DNA of 64,000 bases from contig CAJQKF010000034.1 of assembly GCA_905478855.1 (NCBI GenBank), positions 2,633 through 66,632 of the forward strand, written 5' to 3'. The notes beneath the pieces were generated by a model. The model did not search any database. It saw only the letters and a list, made by a program, of their open reading frames with translations, and was not told the origin of the DNA. Shown in pieces: positions 18,868-28,410 of the stretch. The position numbers and the translations under genes are program-made. Within the stretch, counting starts at the first letter, position 1. Each line of letters opens with the position of its first letter. This DNA is from an uncultured Gammaproteobacteria bacterium. GTDB taxonomy: Bacteria > Pseudomonadota > Gammaproteobacteria > Arenicellales > CAJQKF01.

Positions 18868-19248
18868 ATGAATACTAAAATCCAAACACGAAGTGACAGG
18901 TTGAAGAACGAACATTTTAGCTTGGACCAACTCGACCTACTGGCCACAAGAATTAATCGGTCAGTGGAAATGCTGCAAATGATGATAGATGGTGTTGCTG
19001 AGATTGATGATGCCGATGCCCGCCGAATCGAGGGTGTGTTAGAAAAACCGCGGGGTTACTTGGATGGCATGGCTATTTTATCAGTAGACGAAGAAAAAAC
19101 GGTAAACACGGGTGACATACTAAATAGTTTCTCTGATCTGGATTTGAATGAATATCATATTCAGGTTGTCAAAAACTTTATCGCGTTGCCTGAGCGACAC
19201 CAAAAAATAGTTGCTGATGTGATAATTGCTCTAACGGAAACGAGTTGA
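18868..19248 (+). CDS. hypothetical protein (possible small HTH-like protein)
   Basis: The ORF 18820-19248 more plausibly starts at MNTKIQ (18868). No family recognised. Confidence 0.35.
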   Translation: MNTKIQTRSDRLKNEHFSLDQLDLLATRINRSVEMLQMMIDGVAEIDDADARRIEGVLEKPRGYLDGMAILSVDEEKTVNTGDILNSFSDLDLNEYHIQVVKNFIALPERHQKIVADVIIALTETS

Positions 19249-19593
19249 AACACGAATAATAAAATATTTCTGTTGATATGATCAGTTGCAGTGACGCTCA
19301 TATGGGAGTGACTGCTGCGCCGTTGCCTTATATAAAATTTGACATTTTATTTGTAGTTAATTTTTGATGGTGCTTTTTTGCATATTGATTTGCTTCTCAA
19401 TATCTTTTCCATGAAACTTGTAATACTATGTCGCCGGGTAGTACCAACTATTCTGCCTCTTTTTTTACAGGGCATAGCAACCGTCTTTGATAGTTACCAT
19501 TATAGTGTTGAGCTAGCATATTGGATTCTAAGAGTGGCACCATCGAAAAAAGCGTCTTATTCATCCCATTACTAATAGATAAAGTAAATACAC

Positions 19594-21054
19594 GTGGCTT
19601 CAACTATTATTCCAGTAGACTCCTTTGACCTGGTGATCTTTGGAGCAACCGGTGATCTTGCCATGCGCAAGATTTTTGCGTCCCTTTTCCGTAGCCTATT
19701 GGCCGGTCAGATACCACATAATAGTCGTATTATTGGGGCAGCACGCAGTGAACTAAGTCGAGAACAATTCTGCAATACAGTGCGTGAGTCTCTAGCAACC
19801 TTCGATGGTAAGGCTGAAATACGTAAAGGCGCGCTAGAATCCTTCCTTAACTGTTTAGATTATATTCGGATAGATGCCAACGGCGACGATGGTTGGAATG
19901 ATTTATCGCTAATGCTTGCGCAAAACCCGAATCCTGTGCGGGCATTTTATTTGTCTGTCGGCCCTTCGTTATTTGGTGGGATTTCTGAGCGATTGGCGGC
20001 TAGCGGAATTGCACTACCGAAAAGCCGCATCGTCGTAGAAAAGCCGTTAGGTCATGATCTTGCTAGTGCTATTGAGCTTAATAGAAAACTATCTGAAAGT
20101 TTTGCTGAAGATCAAATTTTTCGTATCGATCATTATTTGGGTAAAGAGACTGTACAAAATCTCATGGCATTGCGCTTTTCGAATGCATTATTTGAACCCG
20201 TTTGGAACGCTCAACATATTGATCATATACAAATAACGGTAGCAGAGACCATTGGTGTTGACGGGCGCGGGGGCTATTACGACAAATCGGGAGCCATGCG
20301 TGATATGGTTCAAAATCATCTTGTACAGCTATTGTGTTTAACTGCGATGGAGCCACCATCGCGTTTTGAACCAAATGCGGTTCGCGATGAAAAATTAAAA
20401 GTGCTTCGTGCTCTGGATGCGGTGGATCCGTTGAAAGTAGTACGAGGTCAGTATCGCGCAGCTGGTGATCAGAGTAGCTATCGCGAAGAAGCCGGAAACA
20501 CAAAAAGTACTACCGAAAGCTTTGTTGCTCTAAAAGCGACTATTTCAAATTGGCGTTGGTCTGGAACTCCATTTTATTTGCGCACGGGGAAACGCTTACG
20601 TGCTCGAATGTCTGAAATTGAAATTGGTTTTAAAGCACCGCCCCATTCAATATTTCCAGATGCAGGACCTATTTCCGGAAACGCGTTAGTGATTCGTCTG
20701 CAACCGGATGAAGGTATAACCTTGCATATGACCATAAAAGAGCCGGGGCAAGGTGGTATACGTCTTACCACAGTACCGCTTGATATGAGTTTTGCTGACG
20801 CGTTGGGAGAACGTGCCCATAATATAGCGGATGCCTATGAACGTCTGATAATGGATGTGATTCGTGGTGATCAAACGCTGTTTATGCGCGGTGATGAAGT
20901 CGAAGCCGCTTGGGCTTGGGTTGATCCTATTATCTCAACTTGGCAAGAATCTCGCGAAGTACCGCAACCCTACGATTCTGGTGGCTCCGGCCCTGACATG
21001 TCATTGGCTTTAATGCACAACGATGGCAGACGCTGGCGTGAGATTGAAGAATAA
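19594..21054 (+). CDS. zwf: glucose-6-phosphate 1-dehydrogenase
   Basis: LVIFGATGDLAMRKI, RIDHYLGKETVQNL and GGYYD..GA.RDMVQNHL motifs. GTG start. Confidence 0.95.
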   Translation: MASTIIPVDSFDLVIFGATGDLAMRKIFASLFRSLLAGQIPHNSRIIGAARSELSREQFCNTVRESLATFDGKAEIRKGALESFLNCLDYIRIDANGDDGWNDLSLMLAQNPNPVRAFYLSVGPSLFGGISERLAASGIALPKSRIVVEKPLGHDLASAIELNRKLSESFAEDQIFRIDHYLGKETVQNLMALRFSNALFEPVWNAQHIDHIQITVAETIGVDGRGGYYDKSGAMRDMVQNHLVQLLCLTAMEPPSRFEPNAVRDEKLKVLRALDAVDPLKVVRGQYRAAGDQSSYREEAGNTKSTTESFVALKATISNWRWSGTPFYLRTGKRLRARMSEIEIGFKAPPHSIFPDAGPISGNALVIRLQPDEGITLHMTIKEPGQGGIRLTTVPLDMSFADALGERAHNIADAYERLIMDVIRGDQTLFMRGDEVEAAWAWVDPIISTWQESREVPQPYDSGGSGPDMSLALMHNDGRRWREIEE

Positions 21055-21743
21055 TGAAAACTATCAGAGAGTATTCTGATAGAACTCTTCAAGCGCAGGC
21101 GTTATCGTCTGATGTGGTAACTCAGTTACAGATGGTTTTGAAGACTAAAGAACGCGCTACACTTGCAGTACCCGGTGGAAGTACACCTGTTGCGTTTTTA
21201 CAGGCTCTATCCAAACAAACGCTAGAATGGCATCGTGTTGATGTGTTGCTTACCGACGAAAGATTCGTGCCTGAGAGTTCGCCGCGTTCCAATACGCGAT
21301 TGTTACGTGAGAATTTGCTGATTAATAATGCGTGCACTGCGAATTTACTACCATTTTATTTGCCGGGTGATGAACCTGAAGATATCCTCGATGAGCTTGC
21401 AGACACCGTAGCACCTTATTTGCCGGCGGATGTTTGTGTGCTCGGCATGGGCACTGATATGCATACTGCATCTTTGTTTCCCGGAGCTGATAGGCTCGAC
21501 GAGGCACTTGACCTGAATTCCTCGTTACTATTATTGCCGCTTCGAGCGCCGGGTGCTTTTGAGTCGCGTATAACCCTCACGGCACCGGTATTAAGAGCGT
21601 CGAGGTTTTTGCATCTTTTAATTTGTGGAACGGAAAAATGGCACGCACTAGAAACTGCATTGCAAGAGCATGACTGGCGAGTAGCTCCGGTGAAAGCTGT
21701 GTTGGATTTATCTAACTCCATTTTGATTCACTACGCTAACTGA
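21054..21743 (+). CDS. pgl: 6-phosphogluconolactonase
   Basis: LAVPGGSTP, DVLLTDERFVP and GMGTDMHTASLFPG motifs. TAATG overlap with zwf. Confidence 0.9.
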   Translation: MKTIREYSDRTLQAQALSSDVVTQLQMVLKTKERATLAVPGGSTPVAFLQALSKQTLEWHRVDVLLTDERFVPESSPRSNTRLLRENLLINNACTANLLPFYLPGDEPEDILDELADTVAPYLPADVCVLGMGTDMHTASLFPGADRLDEALDLNSSLLLLPLRAPGAFESRITLTAPVLRASRFLHLLICGTEKWHALETALQEHDWRVAPVKAVLDLSNSILIHYAN

Positions 21744-21755
21744 GTAACGCCCATT

Positions 21756-23558
21756 ATGTCGCTGAATACTAAGATAACCGAAGTCACGGATCGTATTAAT
21801 AGTAGGAGTCAGATTTCTCGTGACGCCTATATGACACGTATGCATGCGGCGCGGGATCAGGGCCCACGGCGTGCTCATCTATCTTGCAGTAATCAGGCAC
21901 ACGCATACGCAGCTATGGGTGATGACAAGACAGCACTAGCGACTAAGCCCACTGGGAATATAGGTATTGTCACCGCATATAACGATATGTTGTCGGCTCA
22001 CCAGCCGTTTGAACACTACCCTGAATTGATCAGACGAGCCGCCCGGGATGTTGGTGGCACAGCTCAAGTTGCGGGTGGTGTGCCTGCAATGTGTGACGGT
22101 GTTACTCAGGGTCAACCAGGCATGGAACTGTCTCTTTTCTCGCGAGATGTGATTGCTATGGCTGCTGGAGTAGCGTTGTCGCATAATGTATTTGACAGCA
22201 CGGTTTACCTAGGTGTGTGCGATAAAATTGTTCCGGGACTGGTTATGGCGGCAGCGACGTTTGGCTATTTACCCGCAGTATTTCTACCAGCCGGTCCGAT
22301 GCTATCGGGTATGCCTAATGATCAAAAAGCAAAGGTTCGACAACAATTCGCATCCGGTGAAGTAGATCGAAATGTCCTTATGAGGGCCGAAATGAACTCC
22401 TATCACGGGCCCGGTACCTGTACCTTTTACGGCACTGCCAATAGCAATCAGATGCTAATGGAGTTTATGGGTTTGCATTTGCCAGGCGCAACATTTGTGA
22501 ATCCCGGCACGCCTCTGCGTGAAGCACTGACAATTGCTGGTGCGCAGCGGGCCCTGAAGATTTCTGCGTTAGGTGATAGCTATATTCCAACCTGTGACAT
22601 TCTTGATTCGCGCAGTTTCGTAAACGGCATTATCGGCTTAATGGCAACCGGTGGATCACCCAATTTATTATTGCATTTAATCGCGATGGCACGCAGTGCG
22701 GGAGTGCTGCTTGATTTGCAGGATTTTTCTGACTTATCGGCTGTTATTCCCCTGATTGCGCGAGTGTATCCAAATGGACTTGCGGACATAAACCAGTTTC
22801 ATGCCGCGGGCGGCCTAGGGTTTATTATCGCTGAGTTGCTTGATGCTGGCCTGTTGCACGCTGACACCCAAACGATAGCGGGAATAGGGCTTGAATATTA
22901 TACTCAGGAGCCTGCTCTGCAAGGTGAGAAGCTAATCTGGGAAGATGGTGCCCGAAAATCGATCAATGAACATATTGTTCGTCCTGTTGCTAATCCGTTC
23001 CAGTCTACGGGGGGAGTGGTGCGTTTATCCGGTAATCTTGGCACCGGGGTAATGAAAGTATCAGCGGTTGCCGAAGAACGTAGAATCATAGAAGCACCAA
23101 TCCGTGTGTTCCAAGAACAGTCAGAAGTTACGAAAGCGTTTCAAGCAAATGAACTACAAGGGGATCTAGTGATTGTGGTTCGGTTTCAAGGACCAAAGGC
23201 GAATGGCATGCCAGAACTGCACGGGCTTGTTCCCCTGCTAGCAGTTATGCAGGATCGAGGTCAGAAAGTTGCGCTGGTGACTGACGGGCGTATGTCTGGG
23301 GCATCGGGCAAGGTGCCAACAGCTATACATGTATCCCCTGAGGCTCAGGACGGCGGTCTTATTGGTCGTTTGCTTGATGGCGATATAGTGCGTGTTGATG
23401 CGATTTCCGGTACCCTTAATGTTGTTGGTGATACTGTTCTCGATCGACCGTTGGCGAAGATTGATCTTTCGAAAAATGCATTCGGTTGTGGACGCGAATT
23501 GTTCGAGATTATGCGTAATGCTGTTGGTCCGGCTGATGCGGGTGCAATAAGTTTATAA
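21756..23558 (+). CDS. edd: phosphogluconate dehydratase
   Basis: 600 aa, IlvD/Edd family: GIVTAYNDMLSAHQPF, CDGVTQG, GVCDKIVPG and VTDGRMSGASGKVP. Confidence 0.95.
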   Translation: MSLNTKITEVTDRINSRSQISRDAYMTRMHAARDQGPRRAHLSCSNQAHAYAAMGDDKTALATKPTGNIGIVTAYNDMLSAHQPFEHYPELIRRAARDVGGTAQVAGGVPAMCDGVTQGQPGMELSLFSRDVIAMAAGVALSHNVFDSTVYLGVCDKIVPGLVMAAATFGYLPAVFLPAGPMLSGMPNDQKAKVRQQFASGEVDRNVLMRAEMNSYHGPGTCTFYGTANSNQMLMEFMGLHLPGATFVNPGTPLREALTIAGAQRALKISALGDSYIPTCDILDSRSFVNGIIGLMATGGSPNLLLHLIAMARSAGVLLDLQDFSDLSAVIPLIARVYPNGLADINQFHAAGGLGFIIAELLDAGLLHADTQTIAGIGLEYYTQEPALQGEKLIWEDGARKSINEHIVRPVANPFQSTGGVVRLSGNLGTGVMKVSAVAEERRIIEAPIRVFQEQSEVTKAFQANELQGDLVIVVRFQGPKANGMPELHGLVPLLAVMQDRGQKVALVTDGRMSGASGKVPTAIHVSPEAQDGGLIGRLLDGDIVRVDAISGTLNVVGDTVLDRPLAKIDLSKNAFGCGRELFEIMRNAVGPADAGAISL

Positions 23559-24212
23559 ATGGGAGCCCTGATGAACGCTGAAGAAGCAACCAGAAAAATA
23601 AGTGAAATTTGTCTTTTGGCGCCTGTTATTCCGGTGCTTGTTGTAAATAATATTGCTCACGCCCGGCCTTTGGCTGAGGCATTGGTCGCCGGTGGCTTAC
23701 CCGTATTAGAAGTCACGTTACGAACGCCTGTTGCACTAGACGTGATTCGGATAGTGAGCCGTGTCCCCGGTGCTATAGTTGGTGCGGGTACTCTGTTAAC
23801 ATCTCAGGATGTTGCAGATGCAAAGCAGGCTGGAGCACAGTTTGGTGTGTCTCCTGGCGTTACGGATGCGTTACTAACAGCCTGTGAAAGTGAGTCCTTA
23901 CCGCTTTTGCCTGGGGCGGCAACTGCAACCGAAGCCATGAGTTTACTTGCTAAGGGATATAACGTATTAAAGTTCTTCCCGGCTGAAGCGAATGGCGGGG
24001 TACCGGTATTAATGTCGTTAGCTGGGCCATTACCGCAGGTCCGGTTTTGTCCTACAGGTGGCATTACTCCAGAAAACGTAGAGCGTTACCTAGAATTGTC
24101 CAACGTTCTTTGTGTTGGTGGATCGTGGGTTGCTCCCCAGGCCCACATGGAGGCCGAGAGATGGGATGATATTCAGGAAATGGCGCGTTGCGCGAGTGAG
24201 CTTGGAGGATAG
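23559..24212 (+). CDS. eda: 2-keto-3-deoxy-6-phosphogluconate (KDPG) aldolase
   Basis: [25 protein letters not shown] and PTGGI motifs, directly after edd. Confidence 0.9.
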   Translation: MGALMNAEEATRKISEICLLAPVIPVLVVNNIAHARPLAEALVAGGLPVLEVTLRTPVALDVIRIVSRVPGAIVGAGTLLTSQDVADAKQAGAQFGVSPGVTDALLTACESESLPLLPGAATATEAMSLLAKGYNVLKFFPAEANGGVPVLMSLAGPLPQVRFCPTGGITPENVERYLELSNVLCVGGSWVAPQAHMEAERWDDIQEMARCASELGG

Positions 24213-24214
24213 TG

Positions 24215-25846
24215 ATGGAAGAGATTTGGGATCAATTAGTAGCGTATCGCACACAACACCGTGAAGTTTCGATAAAAGAGCTATTCAAATCAGACTCTGG
24301 TCGTTTCTCGGCTTTTTCATGTTCTCTTGAAGACATGTTATTTGATTACTCAAAGACCAGTATCGATAAAGAGTCTTTAAAGTTATTGTTATGTCTTGCA
24401 GAGGAATCTACTCTTCAGCAACGTCGCGACGCGATGTTTAGCGGCGAAAGAATAAATACCACAGAGCAGCGATCGGTTTTGCATACGGCTTTGCGCAATC
24501 GCTCAAATAATCCTGTTTATGTTGCAGGGCGGGATGTTATGCCGGGCATAAATAGTACTCTGGCGAAGATGGCGTCGTTTGCAGAGGGTATCCGTGCAGG
24601 CGATATTCGTAGCGCATCCGGAAGTACATTTACTGATGTGGTCAATATTGGAATTGGTGGGTCAGATCTTGGACCATCTATGTCGACTTTGGCTCTTGCT
24701 CCGTTTCACGATGGCCCACGAACCTATTTTGTATCTAATGTAGATGGCGCTCATATTACTGATACGTTGAAAGATTTAAATCCTGTACGCACATTGATCG
24801 TAGTTGCCTCAAAAACATTTACCACCATTGAGACGATGACAAATGCGCGCACTGCACTGCGCTGGATGCGGAAAGAACTTGGAGAGTATGCCGGGTCTCA
24901 CTTTGTCGCTTTATCCAGTGCCCATGATAGAACTGACGAATTTGGCATACCAAGCGATAGAGTTTTCGGTTTTGAAGATTGGGTGGGTGGACGTTACTCC
25001 GTATGGGGTCCCATCGGGCTATCGCTAATGCTTGCCATCGGGTCAGAGAAGTTCTCTGAATTTCTGCAGGGAGCTTTTGAGATGGATAACCATTTTAGAA
25101 CGACTCCGTTTGAGCACAACATGCCGGTATTGTTAGGTTTAGTAGGGGTTTGGCATCATAATATTTGTGATTACTCAAGCCGTGCTGTACTTCCTTATGA
25201 TCAAAGGCTTTCAAGATTCTCGGCTTACCTACAGCAGCTTGATATGGAAAGCAACGGCAAACGGGTCGATCTGAATGGAATGGGCTTGCGAAGGTTTTCT
25301 GGTCCGATTGTATGGGGCGAGCCGGGAACTAACGGACAGCACGCTTTTTATCAGCTTATTCACCAAGGCACTGAAGTTGTGCCTTGTGAATTTCTGGTTG
25401 CCGCTAATGGATTTGAAGCTAATCTTTCTGAGCACCACGAGTTGCTCCTGTCTAACTGTTTAGCTCAGTCTGAAGCCTTGATGTGTGGTCGAAGCTTAGA
25501 AGATGTTCGTTTGTTGCTAGCGGAACAGGGAATAGAAGATCCTGATGGTAATCTAGTTGCACATCGGGTATTTCCAGGAAATCGTCCTTCGATTACGCTA
25601 GTTTATCGTAAATTAACTCCCAGCACTCTTGGGCGATTGATTGCACTATATGAGCATCGAGTTTTTGTCGAAGGCTGTCTATGGAATATTAATTCCTTTG
25701 ATCAATGGGGGGTTGAATTAGGTAAGCAACTTGCATCCGAGTTGTTACCACTGATTAAAGCCGGTGATGGAAGTCAATCTAAAGACGGTTCAACCGCCGG
25801 ACTGTTGCGTACTCTCGATCTGTTGCGACGCGATGTTACGGTGTGA
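24215..25846 (+). CDS. pgi: glucose-6-phosphate isomerase
   Basis: [36 protein letters not shown] and [14 protein letters not shown] motifs. The ORF track starts at GTG 24212; ATG 24215 is more likely. Confidence 0.95.
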   Translation: MEEIWDQLVAYRTQHREVSIKELFKSDSGRFSAFSCSLEDMLFDYSKTSIDKESLKLLLCLAEESTLQQRRDAMFSGERINTTEQRSVLHTALRNRSNNPVYVAGRDVMPGINSTLAKMASFAEGIRAGDIRSASGSTFTDVVNIGIGGSDLGPSMSTLALAPFHDGPRTYFVSNVDGAHITDTLKDLNPVRTLIVVASKTFTTIETMTNARTALRWMRKELGEYAGSHFVALSSAHDRTDEFGIPSDRVFGFEDWVGGRYSVWGPIGLSLMLAIGSEKFSEFLQGAFEMDNHFRTTPFEHNMPVLLGLVGVWHHNICDYSSRAVLPYDQRLSRFSAYLQQLDMESNGKRVDLNGMGLRRFSGPIVWGEPGTNGQHAFYQLIHQGTEVVPCEFLVAANGFEANLSEHHELLLSNCLAQSEALMCGRSLEDVRLLLAEQGIEDPDGNLVAHRVFPGNRPSITLVYRKLTPSTLGRLIALYEHRVFVEGCLWNINSFDQWGVELGKQLASELLPLIKAGDGSQSKDGSTAGLLRTLDLLRRDVTV

Positions 25847-25965
25847 TTTTGATGCTGGTAAACAGTCACCTTATATTTAAGAAATTGAAAATTAGGACGG
25901 TCATCTTAAATTTTTGTGAGATTTTGTTAGTTCGGAAGTGAAGCTCACTCAAAGGATAATAAATC

Positions 25966-26997
25966 ATGGCTAATCCCTATTTTCTAAAGGTGAAGCATCC
26001 CTCTGCCTGGCGTGGCAGCGAACTATCTTCTATCGATGCAGTGAACTTCAAATTGCAGGATAGACATTTACTCGCGCTGGATAGAGCTCTTAAGTCTGTT
26101 CGTGGACGTGGCCTAAACTTAACTAATGTGGAGAAGAAGGATTTTGATCTAACGGATATTTCTTCTGACCTTAAAATGATTGAGAACGAGATTCTGCATG
26201 GACGTGGAATTGTCATTATTCGAGGTTTTCCAATCGAAGAGTATTCTTTAGAAGACATCGAAATTCTTTACTGGGGACTCGGGACCTATTTAGGTACGGG
26301 CGAATCCCAGTCGAAAATGGGTGATCGATTAGGACACGTTGAGGATGTTTCAGGTAAAGATGATAACCAGCGTGCCTATCGCAACAGTGTCGGAATTATG
26401 ATGCATACAGATCTTTCTGATATTGTAGGCATGCTCTCGATTCGAAAAGCAAAGTTTGGGGGTATGAGTACCTATACAAGCGCTCCTGCGATTCATAACA
26501 GAATGTTAGAGACTCAACCTGATTTACTTGGCCCACTGTATCGTGGGTTTCGATACCATTTGTTTGGCGAGCATTCTCCGGGGGAGCAGCCTGTAACTTC
26601 CCATCGAATTCCTGTGTTATCTGAGAAAGATGGATTTGTCAGTGCACGTTATATTCCTGAGTATATACTCAGAGCTGCCGAGTTTTTAAATGAACCTATG
26701 TCTGGCATTGATCTTGAGGCATTTAACTCCTTTAATAAATTGGCGGTTGCCGATGACCTGCGTTGGGATCTGATGATGGAACCAGGAGATTTAAGTTTAA
26801 TAAATAATTATACGGTTTTACATACTCGTGATGCTTTTTTTGACGGTGTTGCCACGAGTGAGAAGCGACTATTATTGCGTTTATGGCTCTCCAGCGATTA
26901 TCGGCGTCCGCTAGTTGAAAACCTGGATTTGTATGCAAAGACCAGAGGTATTACATCACAAGATGTTAAGGATACATATTATAAGAATCAAGAATAG
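25966..26997 (+). CDS. TauD/TfdA family Fe(II)/2-oxoglutarate-dependent dioxygenase
   Basis: GRGIVIIRGFP, a MHTDLSD (HxD facial-triad) motif, NNYTVLHTR, and a family-typical length of 343 aa. Confidence 0.7.
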   Translation: MANPYFLKVKHPSAWRGSELSSIDAVNFKLQDRHLLALDRALKSVRGRGLNLTNVEKKDFDLTDISSDLKMIENEILHGRGIVIIRGFPIEEYSLEDIEILYWGLGTYLGTGESQSKMGDRLGHVEDVSGKDDNQRAYRNSVGIMMHTDLSDIVGMLSIRKAKFGGMSTYTSAPAIHNRMLETQPDLLGPLYRGFRYHLFGEHSPGEQPVTSHRIPVLSEKDGFVSARYIPEYILRAAEFLNEPMSGIDLEAFNSFNKLAVADDLRWDLMMEPGDLSLINNYTVLHTRDAFFDGVATSEKRLLLRLWLSSDYRRPLVENLDLYAKTRGITSQDVKDTYYKNQE

Positions 26998-27261
26998 CTA
27001 TTGAGATGGATTACTGCTAACCCCCAGAGGAATATTATTCTGCGGGTTGTACAAGCCTAATTCACAAGCAACGGCTAGTGTATCTTTGCCGCTTTGAAAC
27101 ACTTGAAATTGCGATCCATTACGTGCACAGATTGGGTCAACGTGCGCTAGGGAAAGATTGCTCGTAAATTTAAAAAATAGACTCACAATAATTGGAAGTC
27201 GTTCATGTGACCCCCATATAACCCAGTAATATCTAATCCACCCGAAAGGAGAAATCTAACA

Positions 27262-28242
27262 ATGTTTAAGAGATTTACGCTAACGATTTCGTTAGCCCTC
27301 GGACTGGCGCTTAATGCTCAGTCAGATCAGCTACTAACCGGTGGAAAATCGGGAGCTTACTATAATGATATCGGTCCAAAAGTTCATGCGGTTCTGAATG
27401 GGGCTTTGTTTCGTTATCCGTTACAAGTCGGAAAGGGCTCTGTTGGAAACTTTAATGCAATTGCAGAAAATCCGTTTATCGTGGCATTAGGTCAGGCTGA
27501 TGTTTTTGCATTAATGAATACGGAAATGCCGGGCAAGGTGATTAGTATTCCAACTGGTGTTCGGGAATGCCTATTTGCTGTTACCAATAATAGTGGTATC
27601 GCCGGTGAACGTGAAGGCGATGGATGGGGAAATATGATGAGTTTGGCATCCCGCATGAGGGTTGCACTGCCAGGTGAGGGTTCTGGTTCTTCAAAAACTT
27701 TTCAGTTCATCCAGTCAATAAATGAAAAACTAGGCCGTGTTAAGAATATCAAGCATTTTGACTCTACTGATGAAGCGATTAACGCAGTGGCCTTTGACCA
27801 GGCGGATATTGCATTTTTCGTGCAGATGCCAGATACCAGAAATGCCTTGTTTAAAAAAATTAAAGAGAAAGATCTTCAATGGATTGGTGTTGGTGATCGA
27901 TCTATGTTAAGGCAGGAAGTCGGTGGAAATAAGGTCTATGCAATTGATACAGTTCCTGTGGAAGAAACCTGGGGTGGTTTTGGAACGCCTGAAACATTGA
28001 CGACTACTTGTACCCAGGTATTCGTTATGACAGGGGATCCCCAGCGTGTGGATGTGGATGATAAGGAAATGTTAAAGGATCAAGTTTCGCTTCTACAGGA
28101 AAGTCAGAAAGCATTTGAACCGGATGCTGACTGGTACGTTAATATGGTTGGAAAGATCAGAACCGTTAGCGTGAGTGCATCCGAATCCTTGCTTCAGGCT
28201 GTGGACGCAGCCGCAGAAGCTGTTAATAATTCGCTCAACTAG
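27262..28242 (+). CDS. periplasmic substrate-binding protein, TAXI-TRAP/PhnD-like
   Basis: Signal peptide MFKRFTLTISLALGLALNA, then TGGKSGAYYNDIG....GKGSVGNFNAI.....ALGQADV, resembling the TAXI-family TGG..G.YY...GS..N...Q.D pattern. No TRAP permease is adjacent. Confidence 0.5.
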   Translation: MFKRFTLTISLALGLALNAQSDQLLTGGKSGAYYNDIGPKVHAVLNGALFRYPLQVGKGSVGNFNAIAENPFIVALGQADVFALMNTEMPGKVISIPTGVRECLFAVTNNSGIAGEREGDGWGNMMSLASRMRVALPGEGSGSSKTFQFIQSINEKLGRVKNIKHFDSTDEAINAVAFDQADIAFFVQMPDTRNALFKKIKEKDLQWIGVGDRSMLRQEVGGNKVYAIDTVPVEETWGGFGTPETLTTTCTQVFVMTGDPQRVDVDDKEMLKDQVSLLQESQKAFEPDADWYVNMVGKIRTVSVSASESLLQAVDAAAEAVNNSLN

Positions 28243-28361
28243 TAGATGTCTCTGCCAGCACCCAAGATAGTTTAGTTTGAGTGCTGGTATTCCCCTATGT
28301 TTAGCATAGGTTATGCCTTCAATTTTATTTTACTCCAGAGAGTACAGTGTCAAGAAAATAT

Positions 28362-28400
28362 GACAGGAGTAAAATCTTTAATACTTTGCTCCTGTCTTTT
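28362..28400. terminator. probable bidirectional intrinsic terminator between convergent genes
   Basis: The 8-bp stem GACAGGAG (28362-28369)/CTCCTGTC (28389-28396) is followed by TTTT on the + strand and by a T-rich tract on the - strand. The loop is long (19 nt), hence the moderate confidence. Confidence 0.4.
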
Positions 28401-28410
28401 AATTAGCCTA

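Noticed and set aside
19249-19593. Looked for a HexR-type palindromic operator upstream of zwf. TGTAGT and TGTAAT half-sites are present.
   Set aside because: There are no matching inverted half-sites at a sensible spacing. The 65-aa ORF at 19378-19575 also looks spurious.
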